A DNA stretch of 64,000 nucleotides, taken from contig CAWCBD010000013.1 of NCBI GenBank assembly GCA_963793665.1, forward strand, positions 97,670 to 161,669. The letters run 5' to 3'. The stretch is from an uncultured Paenibacillaceae bacterium (GTDB taxonomy: Bacteria; Bacillota; Bacilli; Paenibacillales; Paenibacillaceae). This document shows positions 32,901-46,853 of the stretch, piece by piece; position 1 is the stretch's first letter, and each line of letters begins with the position of its first letter. The translations under genes were made by a program, and so were the position numbers. The notes beneath the pieces are model-generated. The model worked only from the letters and a program-made list of their open reading frames with translations, was not told where the DNA came from and did not search any database.

Positions 32901-34251
32901 TCTCTCTATTATCCTGCATTTTGACGCCAGCCAGCTCGATAATTTTGTTATTCATGACGGATAGACCTGTCGTCTCGATATCGAATACGACGTAGACCGC
33001 TGATTGCATCACTTCGCTTCTCGGATTCAGAACCATAGGCACCGAATCGTTAACAACGTTCGCTTCCAGACCGAAAAGCACCTTAATGCCATTCTTCTTC
33101 GCAGCCTTTGCAGCTTCCGGGTAACATTGGATATTGCCATGATCGGTTATCGCTATGGCTTGATGGCCCCACTTGGCTGCCTGCTTAATATACACATCGA
33201 CAGGCGTTACCGCATCCATCGTACTCATCGTTGTGTGCAGATGGAATTCCACACGCTTCTCTTCCGCATCATCCTTTAGTTCCTTAGGAGGGACGACCTC
33301 GTGCAGATCAGAAGGCATCATCACGAGCTCCGGCTCCTGCATGAACCGGTCATATTCCACGCGTCCGCGAGCTTTGACCCATTTGCCATTAGCAAGCTGG
33401 CTGAGCACTTTAACATCGTCCTTGGTCTTGGCAAACATTTTCATTGCGATAGAATCGGTGAAATCCGTCACATTAAAGGTGAAGAGCGTGCTCCCGTTTC
33501 GCAGTTCCTTCACATCCAGATTGAAGACTGATCCTTGAACCGTGATCTTCTTCTCTTCCTCGATGATGTTCATGACCGGTACAGCTTCCTCACGGATATC
33601 ATAGCCGACGACGAGTCTTACTTCCCCTTCATCAACCGCTGGGGCCTCAGACGCTGAGCTGCTCATCATCTGTTCGATAACTTCCCGCTCTTCCTGATCG
33701 CGTTTTTGAGCGAATTGCTCATAAACCTCTTGATTCGATTCTTCCCCAACTAGAAGCTTCACACGACAATGGCGATTAAATTGCTCGGAGTAGAATTGAA
33801 CGACCAGTTCGTCGATTTTCTTTTTACGCGCTAGCTCAAGCCCCATCTCGTCCATCATCGCGAGCGTTAACAAATCACCGCTGGCTTCCATCTTCGACTT
33901 CCCGAGCCATCCGTTAACCGACGGGTTATGCTGCTGCACCCACTCAACAAATGCGGACCAGTACGCATGCAGCAGCTCATCTGTCTGGACATCCTCATGG
34001 TAATGAAACTTAAAAGAAACTTGTGCAATATGAGCAAATTTAGTTTGAATCGTCCTGCAAAAAATACTAAAAGCCGGTAGAGGAACTAAGGACGTTTTGC
34101 TAATGCAAAACGTCCATTCCCGGTTGCTCCGGCTCACGATCACTTTATCTATATATCCATCTGCAAAATGCTCGTCCGTCAATTGCTGCGGCAGCTCTGC
34201 CTGCTTCATAAGAAGCTCAAAACGATGCCGCTTTTCCCCGGTTTCGTTCAT
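29938..34251 (-). CDS. polC: PolC-type DNA polymerase III alpha, about 1437 aa; indels near 30765, 30250 and 30065
   Basis: PHP domain ([14 protein letters not shown]), exonuclease ([24 protein letters not shown]), [44 protein letters not shown], end [10 protein letters not shown]. Confidence 0.97.
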
Positions 34252-34299
34252 TATTTCCTCCATTAACGTTCAAAAAATAAGATATAAGATGGAAGATGA

Positions 34300-37038
<2,739 letters not shown>

Positions 37039-37120
37039 CGTATTGTCCTAGCCTCCTGTTCGTAACGGCCTGTACTTAGATTATCATTATTCTCCCGTCC
37101 GATACAAGAGAACCGTCCTG

Positions 37121-38260
37121 TTAGATCAATGATGCTTCTTTTCTAGCCCAAGCATCGACCTCAACAATGGACTCCACGTCTGGAACATCTACGATTTGAT
37201 GGCGATTCAGCACGCTCTCAATAACACGCTCAATATCAAGAAACGAGATCTGGCCTTCCAAGAACCGGGCGACTGCTGTTTCATTAGCTGCATTGAATAC
37301 AGTCGGGGCTGATTGTCCCGCTCTTCCGCTATCAAAGGCCATGCGTAAGCATGGATAACGATCAAAATCCATTTCGCTGAAATGAAGAGTGCGAAATTTT
37401 GCCAGATTCAAGGAATCCGTCGGCGTAGGACGGCGACCCGGATAGGTAAGCGCATATTGAATAGGGACTCGCATATCAGGCAGGCCAAGCTGTGCAACGA
37501 TGCTGTTATCGACAAATTCAACATAAGAATGAATGATGCTTTCCGGATGGAGCAGCACCTGAATTTGATCATAGTTCAGATTAAACAGCCAATGAGCTTC
37601 AATGACTTCTAATCCCTTGTTAGCCATGGTGGCGGAATCAATTGTAATTTTGGATCCCATGGACCAATTCGGATGGTTTAAAGCTTCGGTTACGGTTACT
37701 CCTTTAAGCTCATCTCTTGTACGATCCCGAAAGGAGCCGCCAGATGCCGTTAACGTAATGGCTTTAACATCCGCGCGATTCTCGCCATTCATACACTGAA
37801 AGATAGCGGAGTGCTCACTGTCAATCGGTAAAATCCGCACCCCTTTTGCAATGGCTTGCTTCATTACGATGTGACCCGCAGTAACTAGAGTCTCCTTGTT
37901 AGCAAGACCGATATCCTTACCCGCGTTAATCGCTGCGAGTGTCGCATTCAAACCGCGGCTGCCCATGATAGCTGTTACAACTGTATCTGCATCTGTTGCT
38001 CCTGCAATTTCAATAAGTCCCTCTTCCCCGTATAGTACATGAGTACTTGTCGGAAGCTGCTGTTTCACTTCATCTGCCAGCGCTCTGGTAGATACACAAA
38101 CTACCTTAGGATGAAACTGCTTTGCTTGCGCGATTAAAAGCTCAATATTATTTCCAGCTGCAAGGCCATGTACCTCGTAAGCTTCCGGATCATTTTGAAT
38201 AACATCTAAGGTTTGAGTGCCTATTGAACCGGTTGAACCAAGTATGGTCAGTTTTTTCAT
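37121..38260 (-). CDS. dxr: 1-deoxy-D-xylulose-5-phosphate reductoisomerase
   Basis: ILGSTGSIG, LANKETLV, PIDSEHSAIFQ, HPNWSMGSKITIDSATMANKGLE. Confidence 0.97.
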   Translation of the reverse strand: MKKLTILGSTGSIGTQTLDVIQNDPEAYEVHGLAAGNNIELLIAQAKQFHPKVVCVSTRALADEVKQQLPTSTHVLYGEEGLIEIAGATDADTVVTAIMGSRGLNATLAAINAGKDIGLANKETLVTAGHIVMKQAIAKGVRILPIDSEHSAIFQCMNGENRADVKAITLTASGGSFRDRTRDELKGVTVTEALNHPNWSMGSKITIDSATMANKGLEVIEAHWLFNLNYDQIQVLLHPESIIHSYVEFVDNSIVAQLGLPDMRVPIQYALTYPGRRPTPTDSLNLAKFRTLHFSEMDFDRYPCLRMAFDSGRAGQSAPTVFNAANETAVARFLEGQISFLDIERVIESVLNRHQIVDVPDVESIVEVDAWARKEASLI

Positions 38261-38267
38261 CTTACGC

Positions 38268-39068
38268 TTAACCCCCAAGCGGCAGCAGCTGCGTCATAAT
38301 TAAAAGAGGAAATACAATTAGCCAGCTATCACAGCGGTCAAGAACACCACCATGACCTGGCAAGATCGAACCTGTATCTTTAATACCACGTATCCGCTTG
38401 TAAGCCGATTGGATTAGATCTCCCATTTGTCCTGCGACAGACGCGATAAAGCCGATACATAAAGCACGGCCAATCGAAATCACATCCGGATAAATCAAGG
38501 CAAACACTAAGGTAACGATTAGCGAGAGAAGAACGCCCCCCAAGGAGCCTTCGATGGTTTTATTTGGACTAATGGACGGCCAAAGCTTGTTCTTTCCAAA
38601 AGCTTTTCCACAGAAGTAAGCCCCGATATCAGAGGCCCATATGGATCCAAATGCCAAAAAGGTCGCAAGAAGCCCATGTGTCTCGGCATTGCGAACTTCA
38701 AACATGGCATGGAAACCATAACCAACATATAGCGCTCCAAGCAGTATCAGTGCTGCCCCATCAATCGTCATTTTATTCTTCGTCAGAACCGTTATCGTCA
38801 GTACCAGAAACATGAGAAGCCAAAGCATATGTATCCCATTAGGCTGCTGAATATCAAACTTATCCCAAGGAATAAGCAGAACCAGCACCCCTACAAAACC
38901 GATTAATGATGCTGGATGCTTCCAAGACAATCCGTTCATTCTTGTATATTCCCAGAACCCAATCAAGGCAAGCAGTACAAGAAGTCCATAAAAGAACCAC
39001 CCGCCGACACCAGTTAATAAAACAAATACCGAGCCGCCGATGAGTCCGGTAATCATACGCTGTTTCAA
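38268..39068 (-). CDS. cdsA: Phosphatidate cytidylyltransferase
   Basis: Multi-TM; SDIGAYF.GK, SPNKTIEG, KDTGSILPGHGGVLDRCDS. Confidence 0.96.
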   Translation of the reverse strand: MKQRMITGLIGGSVFVLLTGVGGWFFYGLLVLLALIGFWEYTRMNGLSWKHPASLIGFVGVLVLLIPWDKFDIQQPNGIHMLWLLMFLVLTITVLTKNKMTIDGAALILLGALYVGYGFHAMFEVRNAETHGLLATFLAFGSIWASDIGAYFCGKAFGKNKLWPSISPNKTIEGSLGGVLLSLIVTLVFALIYPDVISIGRALCIGFIASVAGQMGDLIQSAYKRIRGIKDTGSILPGHGGVLDRCDSWLIVFPLLIMTQLLPLGG

Positions 39069-39093
39069 TTGTAGCACTCTCCATTAGAGCCCG

Positions 39094-39858
39094 TTACAGT
39101 CCGCCATAGCGGCGAGCACGCCTTTGATATTCCTGAATGGCTTCATGAAAATGCTCTTCTGTAAACTCCGGCCAATAAACATCTGTAAACCACATTTCAC
39201 TATAAGCTAATTGCCAGAGCATAAAATTGCTTAGCCGAAGCTCACCGCTTGTCCGAATTAATAAATCCGGATCCGGCATACCTGCTGTAAGCAAATGGTT
39301 TGCCAAATGAGATTCTTCAATTTCTTCCGGCTTCAGATCTCCTGATAGAACCGAATGACCCACCTGGCGAACCGCTTCAATCATTTCCTTCCGACTTCCA
39401 TAATTAAGAGCGAAATTAAGGATGAGTCCGGTATTATTAGCTGTTTTGCGTATAGCCTCTTCAACCGCATGGAGCGTATGATCTGGCAAATCACCTTTAT
39501 GACCCATCATTCGGACTTGCACATTTTTTTCGATTAAGTCTTTAAGCTCGATTGAAAGAAACTCTTGAGGAAGCTTCATAAGAAATTCAACTTCAGCCTT
39601 TGGGCGTTTCCAGTTTTCCGTTGAAAATGCATAAAGCGTCAAATACTTAACACCAAGCCGTTCAGCAGCCATGGTTATACGCTTGACTGTCTTCATTCCG
39701 GAGTGGTGACCGGCCATACGCGGCAAACCTCGACTCTTTGCCCATCTTCCGTTTCCATCCATTATGATCGCAATATGCTGCGGTATGTTTTCAGTATCAA
39801 GTGTCTGTGAAGGCCTCACAGGCGCTTTGCTGAAAAAAGCTCTCAGTCGTTGCAACAC
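39094..39858 (-). CDS. uppS: Undecaprenyl diphosphate synthase
   Basis: HIAIIMDGNGRWA, YAFSTENWKRP, LIRTSGELRLSNFMLWQ. Confidence 0.97.
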   Translation of the reverse strand: MLQRLRAFFSKAPVRPSQTLDTENIPQHIAIIMDGNGRWAKSRGLPRMAGHHSGMKTVKRITMAAERLGVKYLTLYAFSTENWKRPKAEVEFLMKLPQEFLSIELKDLIEKNVQVRMMGHKGDLPDHTLHAVEEAIRKTANNTGLILNFALNYGSRKEMIEAVRQVGHSVLSGDLKPEEIEESHLANHLLTAGMPDPDLLIRTSGELRLSNFMLWQLAYSEMWFTDVYWPEFTEEHFHEAIQEYQRRARRYGGL

Positions 39859-39932
39859 GTATTTGTCCTCCCACCGCTAACATCAATTTATGCAACAAAC
39901 CCCACCTAACGGAGGGGCCGGTGAGCTTGCAT

Positions 39933-40486
39933 TTATACTTCCATAATTTCTTTTTCTTTTGCTGCTAACACTTTCTCAACTTCAGCAACGAATTTATCTG
40001 TAGCCTTCTGAACATCTTCCTGATGACGACGTGACTCGTCTTCAGAAATATCTGTTTTCTCAAGCTTCTTGATATCATCATTTGCATCACGACGAATGTT
40101 ACGAATGGCAACCTTTGCTTCTTCACCAAATTTCTTCGTCATTTTCACAAGATCCGTACGACGCTCTTCCGTCAGCATTGGAATTCCAAGACGAATCGTC
40201 GATCCATCGTTTGAAGGAGTAAGCCCAAGATCTGATTTCATGATCGCTTTTTCAATCGCGCCAAGAGACGTTTTATCCCAAGGCTGAATAAGCAGCGTAC
40301 GTGAGTCCGGTGTATTCACATTGGCAAGTTGGCTGATTGGCGTCATCGCACCGTAATATTCAACTTGAACACGGTCAAGGAGCGCTGGAGTAGCACGACC
40401 GGCACGAAGCGTTGCTAAATCACGTTTCAATGCGCCTATTGCTTTGTCCATACGGTCTTCTGCATTCTTTTTAATGGCTTGTGGCA

Positions 40487-40487
<1 letters not shown>
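39933..40487 (-). CDS. frr: Ribosome recycling factor
   Basis: [38 protein letters not shown]. Confidence 0.98.
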
Positions 40488-41308
<821 letters not shown>

Positions 41309-41310
41309 TC

Positions 41311-41339
41311 AAAAGAAAGGCGGGGCGGACGCCCCGCCC
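41311..41339 (-). terminator. Intrinsic terminator after tsf
   Basis: GGCGGGGC/GCCCCGCC stem followed by TTTCTTTT on the minus strand. Confidence 0.8.
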
Positions 41340-41356
41340 AGATATGTGCGTTAGGT

Positions 41357-42007
41357 TTACAGTTTTACTTGGGACATAACTTCTTCAACGAAGTTGTCTT
41401 CTTTTTTCTCCAGACCTTCACCTAGCTCGTAACGAACGAAACGGCGAATGGAGATGTTCTCGCCAATTGTGCTGATTTTTTCTTTAAGTAATGTATGGAC
41501 CGTTTTGTCCGGATCTTTAATGAAAGGCTGCTCAAGCAAGCAGAACTCTTCATAGTATTTGCTGATACGGCCGTCAACCATTTTCTCAACGATTTTTTCC
41601 GGCTTGCCTTCGTTCAACGCTTGAGCTTTCAAGATTTCACGTTCTTTATCAAGCTCTTCTTGCGAAACTTCTTCACGGCTTACAAACTTAGGGTTTGCTG
41701 CTGCGATTTGCATCGCTATATCACGAGCGAATTCGCGGAATTGGTCTGTTTTACCAACGAAGTCCGTTTCACAGTTGATTTCCACAAGAACCCCGATACG
41801 TCCGCCAGCATGGATATAAGATTCGACTGTACCTTCAGTTGCAATACGTCCTGCTTTGTTCGCTGCTGCTGAAAGACCTTTCTCACGAAGCAAATCGACC
41901 GCTTTCGCGATATCACCGTTTGTTTCATCAAGCGCTTTTTTACAATCAAGCATACCTGCGCCTGTTCTTTCACGCAATTCTTTTACTGCACTCGCACTAA
42001 CTGCCAT
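41357..42007 (-). CDS. tsf: Elongation factor Ts (short 216 aa type)
   Basis: [44 protein letters not shown]. Confidence 0.98.
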   Translation of the reverse strand: MAVSASAVKELRERTGAGMLDCKKALDETNGDIAKAVDLLREKGLSAAANKAGRIATEGTVESYIHAGGRIGVLVEINCETDFVGKTDQFREFARDIAMQIAAANPKFVSREEVSQEELDKEREILKAQALNEGKPEKIVEKMVDGRISKYYEEFCLLEQPFIKDPDKTVHTLLKEKISTIGENISIRRFVRYELGEGLEKKEDNFVEEVMSQVKL

Positions 42008-42051
42008 GTAGAAAACCTCCTGAATAATTTGAGATAGTCATACGTTGATTC

Positions 42052-42096
42052 AAAAAAAGGGCGGTGAGAGGTTAAAAACCTTCTGACCACCCTTTG
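42052..42096 (-). terminator. Terminator-like hairpin between rpsB and tsf
   Basis: Minus strand AAAGGGTGGT..AGAAGGTT/AACCTCT..ACCGCCCTTT followed by a T7 tract. Confidence 0.7.
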
Positions 42097-42123
42097 ATAT
42101 ATAGATTGTACCTATGACTGCAA

Positions 42124-42823
42124 TTATGCTGTAGTTTGTTCGCCTTGTTGCGATTCTACGATCGCGTCTGCCATTTTAGCTGTCAGAAGCTTAACCGCAC
42201 GAATTGCATCATCGTTACCCGGAATAACATAATCGATCTCGTCCGGATCACAGTTAGTATCAACGATACCAACAATCGGGATACCAAGTTTACGAGCTTC
42301 TGCAACAGCGATACGCTCTTTACGAGGATCGATGATGAACAGCGCGCTTGGCAAGCCTTTCATGCTTTTAATTCCGCCGAGGAATTTCTCGAGGCGATCT
42401 TTTTCTTTGCGGAGAATGATAACTTCTTTCTTAGGAAGCACTTCAAATGTACCGTCTTCTTCCCATTTCTCAAGCTGTTTTAAGACGGTCAATACGTTTT
42501 TGGATCGTTTGGAAGTTAGTCAGCGTACCGCCGAGCCAACGTTGATTGATGTAGAAGTTACCGCAGCGTTCTGCTTCTTCTTTCACGGAATCTTGTGCTT
42601 GCTTCTTCGTACCTACGAAGAGAATAGTTCCGCCTTCTTCGCCAACTGAGCGAACAAAGTTGTAAGCTTCCTCAACTTTTTTAACTGTTTTTTGCAAATC
42701 GATAATGTAGATCCCGTTACGTTCTGTGAAGATATAACGATCCATCTTCGGGTTCCAACGACGAGTCTGATGACCGAAGTGTACCCCAGCTTCTAGAAGC
42801 TGCTTCATGGAAATAACCGCCAT
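42124..42823 (-). CDS. rpsB: 30S ribosomal protein S2; one indel near 42480
   Basis: [54 protein letters not shown]. Confidence 0.97.
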
Positions 42824-42859
42824 CTCTTCAACACCTCCTGTTAAATGGTTTTTATGGTT

Positions 42860-42946
42860 TCCTCCGCCAAAATCATTTTTCGTCAAAACTTCGACCAGGT
42901 CGAAGCACCGTTGACGAAATTAATCGGCGTGTGTTTTTAACACCGT
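42860..42946 (-). promoter_or_regulatory. Putative S2 (rpsB) autoregulatory leader RNA
   Basis: Minus strand ACACACGCC...TTTCGTCAACGGTGCTTCGACCTGGTCGAAGTTTTGACGAAA...GGCGGAGG, a long nested hairpin typical of rpsB leaders; recognised by eye only. Confidence 0.65.
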
Positions 42947-42951
42947 CAATT

Positions 42952-42981
42952 ACTATACCATATCTATATGCACCCGCGCAA
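42952..42981 (-). promoter_or_regulatory. SigA promoter of rpsB-tsf
   Basis: Minus strand TTGCGC-N18-TATAGT with an extended TG. Confidence 0.7.
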
Positions 42982-42988
42982 CAGCAAT

Positions 42989-43630
42989 TCACTGCGGATT
43001 TGATGCCTTTGTCGAATAATCGCTCTTAGTCTTTATTTCTTTTTTTAGCTCGGCTTCAGCTTGCGCGGGCGGAATAGGCGTACTCGTAATAATTGTTTTC
43101 ACTTGCTGCAGTGTCGGACTGCCTTCAAATGCAAAATAGCCTGCGCGTATAATGTCTTTACGCATCAGGTTAATAAACGTTTGCTTATTATGGATAACAG
43201 CCATTTTAAATAGTAGGTCCGCTGTCTCAGTCACGCTTGAGTTGGCAGGGATATGCAGCAGGATCCGCTGAGCAGAATCCGTAGTTTTCGTTTCACCCGT
43301 TTGCTGGTCGGCCGATTTCTGATCTGCGGCGGCTGGCGTAGGTATTGCAGGCTGCTCTTCATTTTTCAGCTCATTTTGTGCAGCTTTATCTTGCTTTGGA
43401 ATCTCTTTGTGCAACTTTGCTTCTTTGGAGACTTCTGTTTGAATGCGTTCCTTCTCTTCCGCCAAACGTTTATCCAAATCCGCTTGTGTGTACGTTACTG
43501 ACGTTTTCGTCCCTTTATCAAAATCATCAAGACTGCTCGCCTGTTTCTCACCAATTAGCATGAGCTGCAGTAAAGCAGCGCCGACAATAATTCCAACACC
43601 TAGTCCAAATAGAAATGGCCGTTTATTCAT
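42989..43630 (-). CDS. Hypothetical membrane-anchored protein with a C-terminal MltG/YceG N-terminal-like subdomain
   Basis: N-terminal TM, charged helical region, then HIPANSSVTETADLL..AVI....F....IRAGYFAF...TLQQVKTII; overlaps the upstream stop by 8 bp. Confidence 0.7.
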   Translation of the reverse strand: MNKRPFLFGLGVGIIVGAALLQLMLIGEKQASSLDDFDKGTKTSVTYTQADLDKRLAEEKERIQTEVSKEAKLHKEIPKQDKAAQNELKNEEQPAIPTPAAADQKSADQQTGETKTTDSAQRILLHIPANSSVTETADLLFKMAVIHNKQTFINLMRKDIIRAGYFAFEGSPTLQQVKTIITSTPIPPAQAEAELKKEIKTKSDYSTKASNPQ

Positions 43631-44216
43631 CGCGCCCTGCTTCCTCCTGCTTGGACAATTGGAGAATAAGCTGAACTTCTCCTTTGTTTATGCCTAGTTT
43701 TTTGGCAATTGCCTCAATTGATTTGCCGTGACTGTACATCTCAAACAACTCACTGTATCTGCTGCGTATTGTAGATTCTTCAACGGTCGGAACTGGCTCT
43801 TCAACATTTGCTGTTACGCTAGCGATCGGTGTAGAGGCCAAAGTCTGTTGTTCTGAATTAACGGTTGAAGGAGTCATTGCTGCATGCTCCGAAACTATAG
43901 CTCTCGCAGCAGCCTTGGCTTGCTCAGAAAGAACAGCTTCTAAATCAGCACAGCGTTTCTCGAGTTCGCTAATGCGTTTCTCCCGGTTAACCGCTTGTGT
44001 TTGTGTGTCCTGTTGTGACTTGGTCACCATTTCAACCATCTGCCGGTTATCCGATTCCATGTTCTCCATAAACGACTCTAACGCTGTTTCCATGTTACGT
44101 ACCGTTTGTGATGACTGGTTTACTGGATCATTATTCGATACTGCTTTGCGCGGTAATACGGCAGCGCATACGATTGCAACCGCGCCCAGCAGCATAATCG
44201 TTTGCCATGCTTCCAT
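43623..44216 (-). CDS. Hypothetical TM-coiled coil-HTH protein (SwrB/DUF2802-like architecture)
   Basis: N-terminal TM, coiled coil, C-terminal YSHGKSIEAIAKKLGINKGEVQLIL; lies between sigD and rpsB, as swrB does in B. subtilis. Confidence 0.7.
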   Translation of the reverse strand: MEAWQTIMLLGAVAIVCAAVLPRKAVSNNDPVNQSSQTVRNMETALESFMENMESDNRQMVEMVTKSQQDTQTQAVNREKRISELEKRCADLEAVLSEQAKAAARAIVSEHAAMTPSTVNSEQQTLASTPIASVTANVEEPVPTVEESTIRSRYSELFEMYSHGKSIEAIAKKLGINKGEVQLILQLSKQEEAGRDE

Positions 44217-44247
44217 TAATACTCACCTGCTTCGGGATGAAATACCT

Positions 44248-44580
44248 CTAAAGGGAGATGTCGATATGCTGTCCTTTAAAAGGATGCCTCTGAACTTGTT
44301 CTGTCCCACTATCTGTATCTGTCTGATCTGAGGCAGATTCACGACGTTGTTTGCGTTTTGGGGGAGATTCGCGCTCCTGCTGCTGACTATCCTTGACATC
44401 CAGTTTAGTACTTTGATCAACTGATGAGTTTTTCCCCCTCAACAGAACCGTTTGCTTGTCGGATTCGTTTGCCAAGCGAGATTGTTCGATTACTGGTTTG
44501 TGCATCGCCTGGCTGTGCTGAGTTCCGCTCTCTGGAGTGCGTGGAATGGACATCTGCAAGTCGATTGACCGATATGGCAT
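44248..44580 (-). CDS. Hypothetical Q/S/K-rich protein, 110 aa
   Basis: GAGGGGGAG RBS; IDLQMSIPRT N-terminus and HPFKGQHIDISL C-terminus; fills the gap within a co-oriented run. Confidence 0.7.
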   Translation of the reverse strand: MPYRSIDLQMSIPRTPESGTQHSQAMHKPVIEQSRLANESDKQTVLLRGKNSSVDQSTKLDVKDSQQQERESPPKRKQRRESASDQTDTDSGTEQVQRHPFKGQHIDISL

Positions 44581-44623
44581 CGCTTCTCCCCCTCACCTGT
44601 GCTTTGAAACGATTCACTTGTAT

Positions 44624-46030
44624 TTAGTGATAGCCTACTACCACAATATCGCCTTCTGAGTATCGGAATGATGCACGTTGTGTCGCATCTTTTACGAAAC
44701 GGGTGTAACGTCCAATAACAATTTTCGTACCGCCATATATCGTATTTATCGCATCTACCTTTGCGTTATCGGTATTCTCAAGCGATTTCTCGATTTCTAG
44801 AATACGTTCACGCAAGCCTGCAATTTGAGCAACAGCTTGACGTTTAGTTGCCCCCAGCTTAATACGCATGCCCATTTTATCTGGCGATAATTGGCCAACC
44901 GATGCAAGCTGATCGAGAAGCGTTAAGGCTTTCTCAGTTTTATCGAGGTTTTCAATTAACGTCCTGGTCTGTGCCCGCAAATCCAAAATTTCTGAACGAA
45001 GCTCAGGACGAACCCCTACTTCAATCGCGGTTACAGTGGACATCGTATTGCCGATCGTACGTGCAACAACTTTTTCACCTGCTTGAACCGTGCCGCCGAC
45101 AATCAACCCTTTTGCACCGCTGCATACAACATTGCGTCCTGCACGCACATGGGAGTGCATAATGCTTTGGGACACCAGCACGTCTTCTGCCGCGGTTACA
45201 TTGCCATCCTGAATAAATGAGCTTTTTACATTTTTACCTGCGCGGACATATCCTTTGTTGCTGGCAAGAATGCCTCCGGTTATTTCAATAGAACCATTTG
45301 ATTCGAGCTCAGCGCCTTCAACACCGCCGATAATTCGAATATCGCCAGATGCCTTAATGCGAAACCCTGTCAGCACATTACCGCGAACGATAACTGTACC
45401 AACAAAATCAATGTTCCCAACGTTATAGTCGACGTCACCGTTCACTTCAAAGATAGGAAATACATTCACTTTATTCTTGTCCGTAATGGATATTAGACCA
45501 TCGATGGCTGCATACATAGCCGTTTGTTCAGGGTTAAGCACTACGTTCTTGCCCAGCTTAAATACAGCTTCTTTACCAATCTTATAAGCAATGATTTCAC
45601 CTGTAACGGCTTTCCCATCCTTGCCTTCCATAGCTCGAATGCGTTCAGCTATAAGCTGACCCCGGTTAACATTCTTTAATTGCTTGATTTCTTTAAAATC
45701 TACTTTCCCGTCTTCAAGCTGAGCGGGACGAGATTGCTCTTCCTTCATTTCGTAAGAGAAACGAATGGAGCCATCTACCCCATTCTGGACTGGGTCGCCC
45801 TCTGCAATGACGGTTTGGCTGTAGAAATAAGTGCTTGGCTGGTTAGCTATTTTTTGTAAAACATCCTGATGCAAGCCGTAACGGACATCATGACTTCTTA
45901 CATATTCTTCGAGAGCACTGGCTGTACATGCAAATTTCTCATCTGCAACTTTGAATTGTATGTAAGCAGTCATTTTATCTTGAGAAATCTGTATATGGAT
46001 ACAGTTCTGTAGCATTTCAGAAATTGACAC
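44624..46030 (-). CDS. FapA-family (DUF342) protein
   Basis: ISQDKMTAY, IAEGDPVQNGVDG, DGKVDFKE, VNGDVDYNVGNIDFVGTVIVRGNV beta-helix repeats, GLIVGG, coiled coil, IYGGTKIVIG. Confidence 0.9.
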   Translation of the reverse strand: MSISEMLQNCIHIQISQDKMTAYIQFKVADEKFACTASALEEYVRSHDVRYGLHQDVLQKIANQPSTYFYSQTVIAEGDPVQNGVDGSIRFSYEMKEEQSRPAQLEDGKVDFKEIKQLKNVNRGQLIAERIRAMEGKDGKAVTGEIIAYKIGKEAVFKLGKNVVLNPEQTAMYAAIDGLISITDKNKVNVFPIFEVNGDVDYNVGNIDFVGTVIVRGNVLTGFRIKASGDIRIIGGVEGAELESNGSIEITGGILASNKGYVRAGKNVKSSFIQDGNVTAAEDVLVSQSIMHSHVRAGRNVVCSGAKGLIVGGTVQAGEKVVARTIGNTMSTVTAIEVGVRPELRSEILDLRAQTRTLIENLDKTEKALTLLDQLASVGQLSPDKMGMRIKLGATKRQAVAQIAGLRERILEIEKSLENTDNAKVDAINTIYGGTKIVIGRYTRFVKDATQRASFRYSEGDIVVVGYH

Positions 46031-46063
46031 TGCATTTCCCCCCTTCTCTAATTTTCTTCATCG

Positions 46064-46852
46064 CTATTGTTCCATTAACTGATCTTTATGCTTGTCTAAA
46101 GCGCCGCGTAATCGCAGAATGGCTTTGGAATGAAGTTGTGATATTCGAGATGGAGATAAACACATGACTTCCGCGATTTCACTAAGTGAAAGTTCTTCAT
46201 AATAAAACAAAGATACGACGGTTCTTTCTTTCGCTGTCAGTCTCTCAATACCGCGAACCAATGATTCTTTCAAATAAAATTCATGTACCTTGTAATCCGG
46301 GTTTTTCGCCTTTTCATCAATAAGGAGAGACAGACGCGTTTCTGATTCTTCTTCTCGAATCGGGTCTTCAAGGGAACAGACCGTCGTTACCGCGATCTCC
46401 TGAAGCATGTGGACGAATTCCTTTTCACTGACTTCCAAATAGCTGCTGATTTCAGCATCAGTAACGGAGCGAAGATACTGCTGCTCCAAATGCTGATAAG
46501 CTTCCTCAATTTTTTTGGCTTTCTCCCGAACCGAGCGAGGTACCCAATCCCCCTGACGCAATCCATCAATAATCGCACCGCGAATTCGCCAAGAGGCATA
46601 GGTTTCAAATTGAAGGCCTCGTCTGTAATCAAACTTCTCAATCGCATCGATTAGTCCCATTACACCATTGCTGGCTAAGTCATCTTTAGAGACATTCTTT
46701 GGCAGACCAATCGCCATTCGGTTACTAACGTAATCAACCAATGTTAGGTATTGTTCAATAAGACGCTTCTTAGCTTCAATATCCCCGTCTTCTTTCCACT
46801 TTTGCCAAATCTCGATGTTAGACAGATGAGGCGCTTTAGGCTCAATCATCAT
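46064..46852 (-). CDS. sigD: Flagellar sigma factor SigD (FliA/WhiG family)
   Basis: GLIDAIEKFD, FETYASWRIRGAIIDGLRQGDWVPRSVR, LFYYEELSLSEIA, SRISQLHSKA. Confidence 0.95.
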   Translation of the reverse strand: MMIEPKAPHLSNIEIWQKWKEDGDIEAKKRLIEQYLTLVDYVSNRMAIGLPKNVSKDDLASNGVMGLIDAIEKFDYRRGLQFETYASWRIRGAIIDGLRQGDWVPRSVREKAKKIEEAYQHLEQQYLRSVTDAEISSYLEVSEKEFVHMLQEIAVTTVCSLEDPIREEESETRLSLLIDEKAKNPDYKVHEFYLKESLVRGIERLTAKERTVVSLFYYEELSLSEIAEVMCLSPSRISQLHSKAILRLRGALDKHKDQLMEQ

Positions 46853-46853
46853 C

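Noticed and set aside
29938-34251. Intein or intron in polC
   Set aside because: The total span gives about 1437 aa, a normal PolC length; the breaks are small indels.
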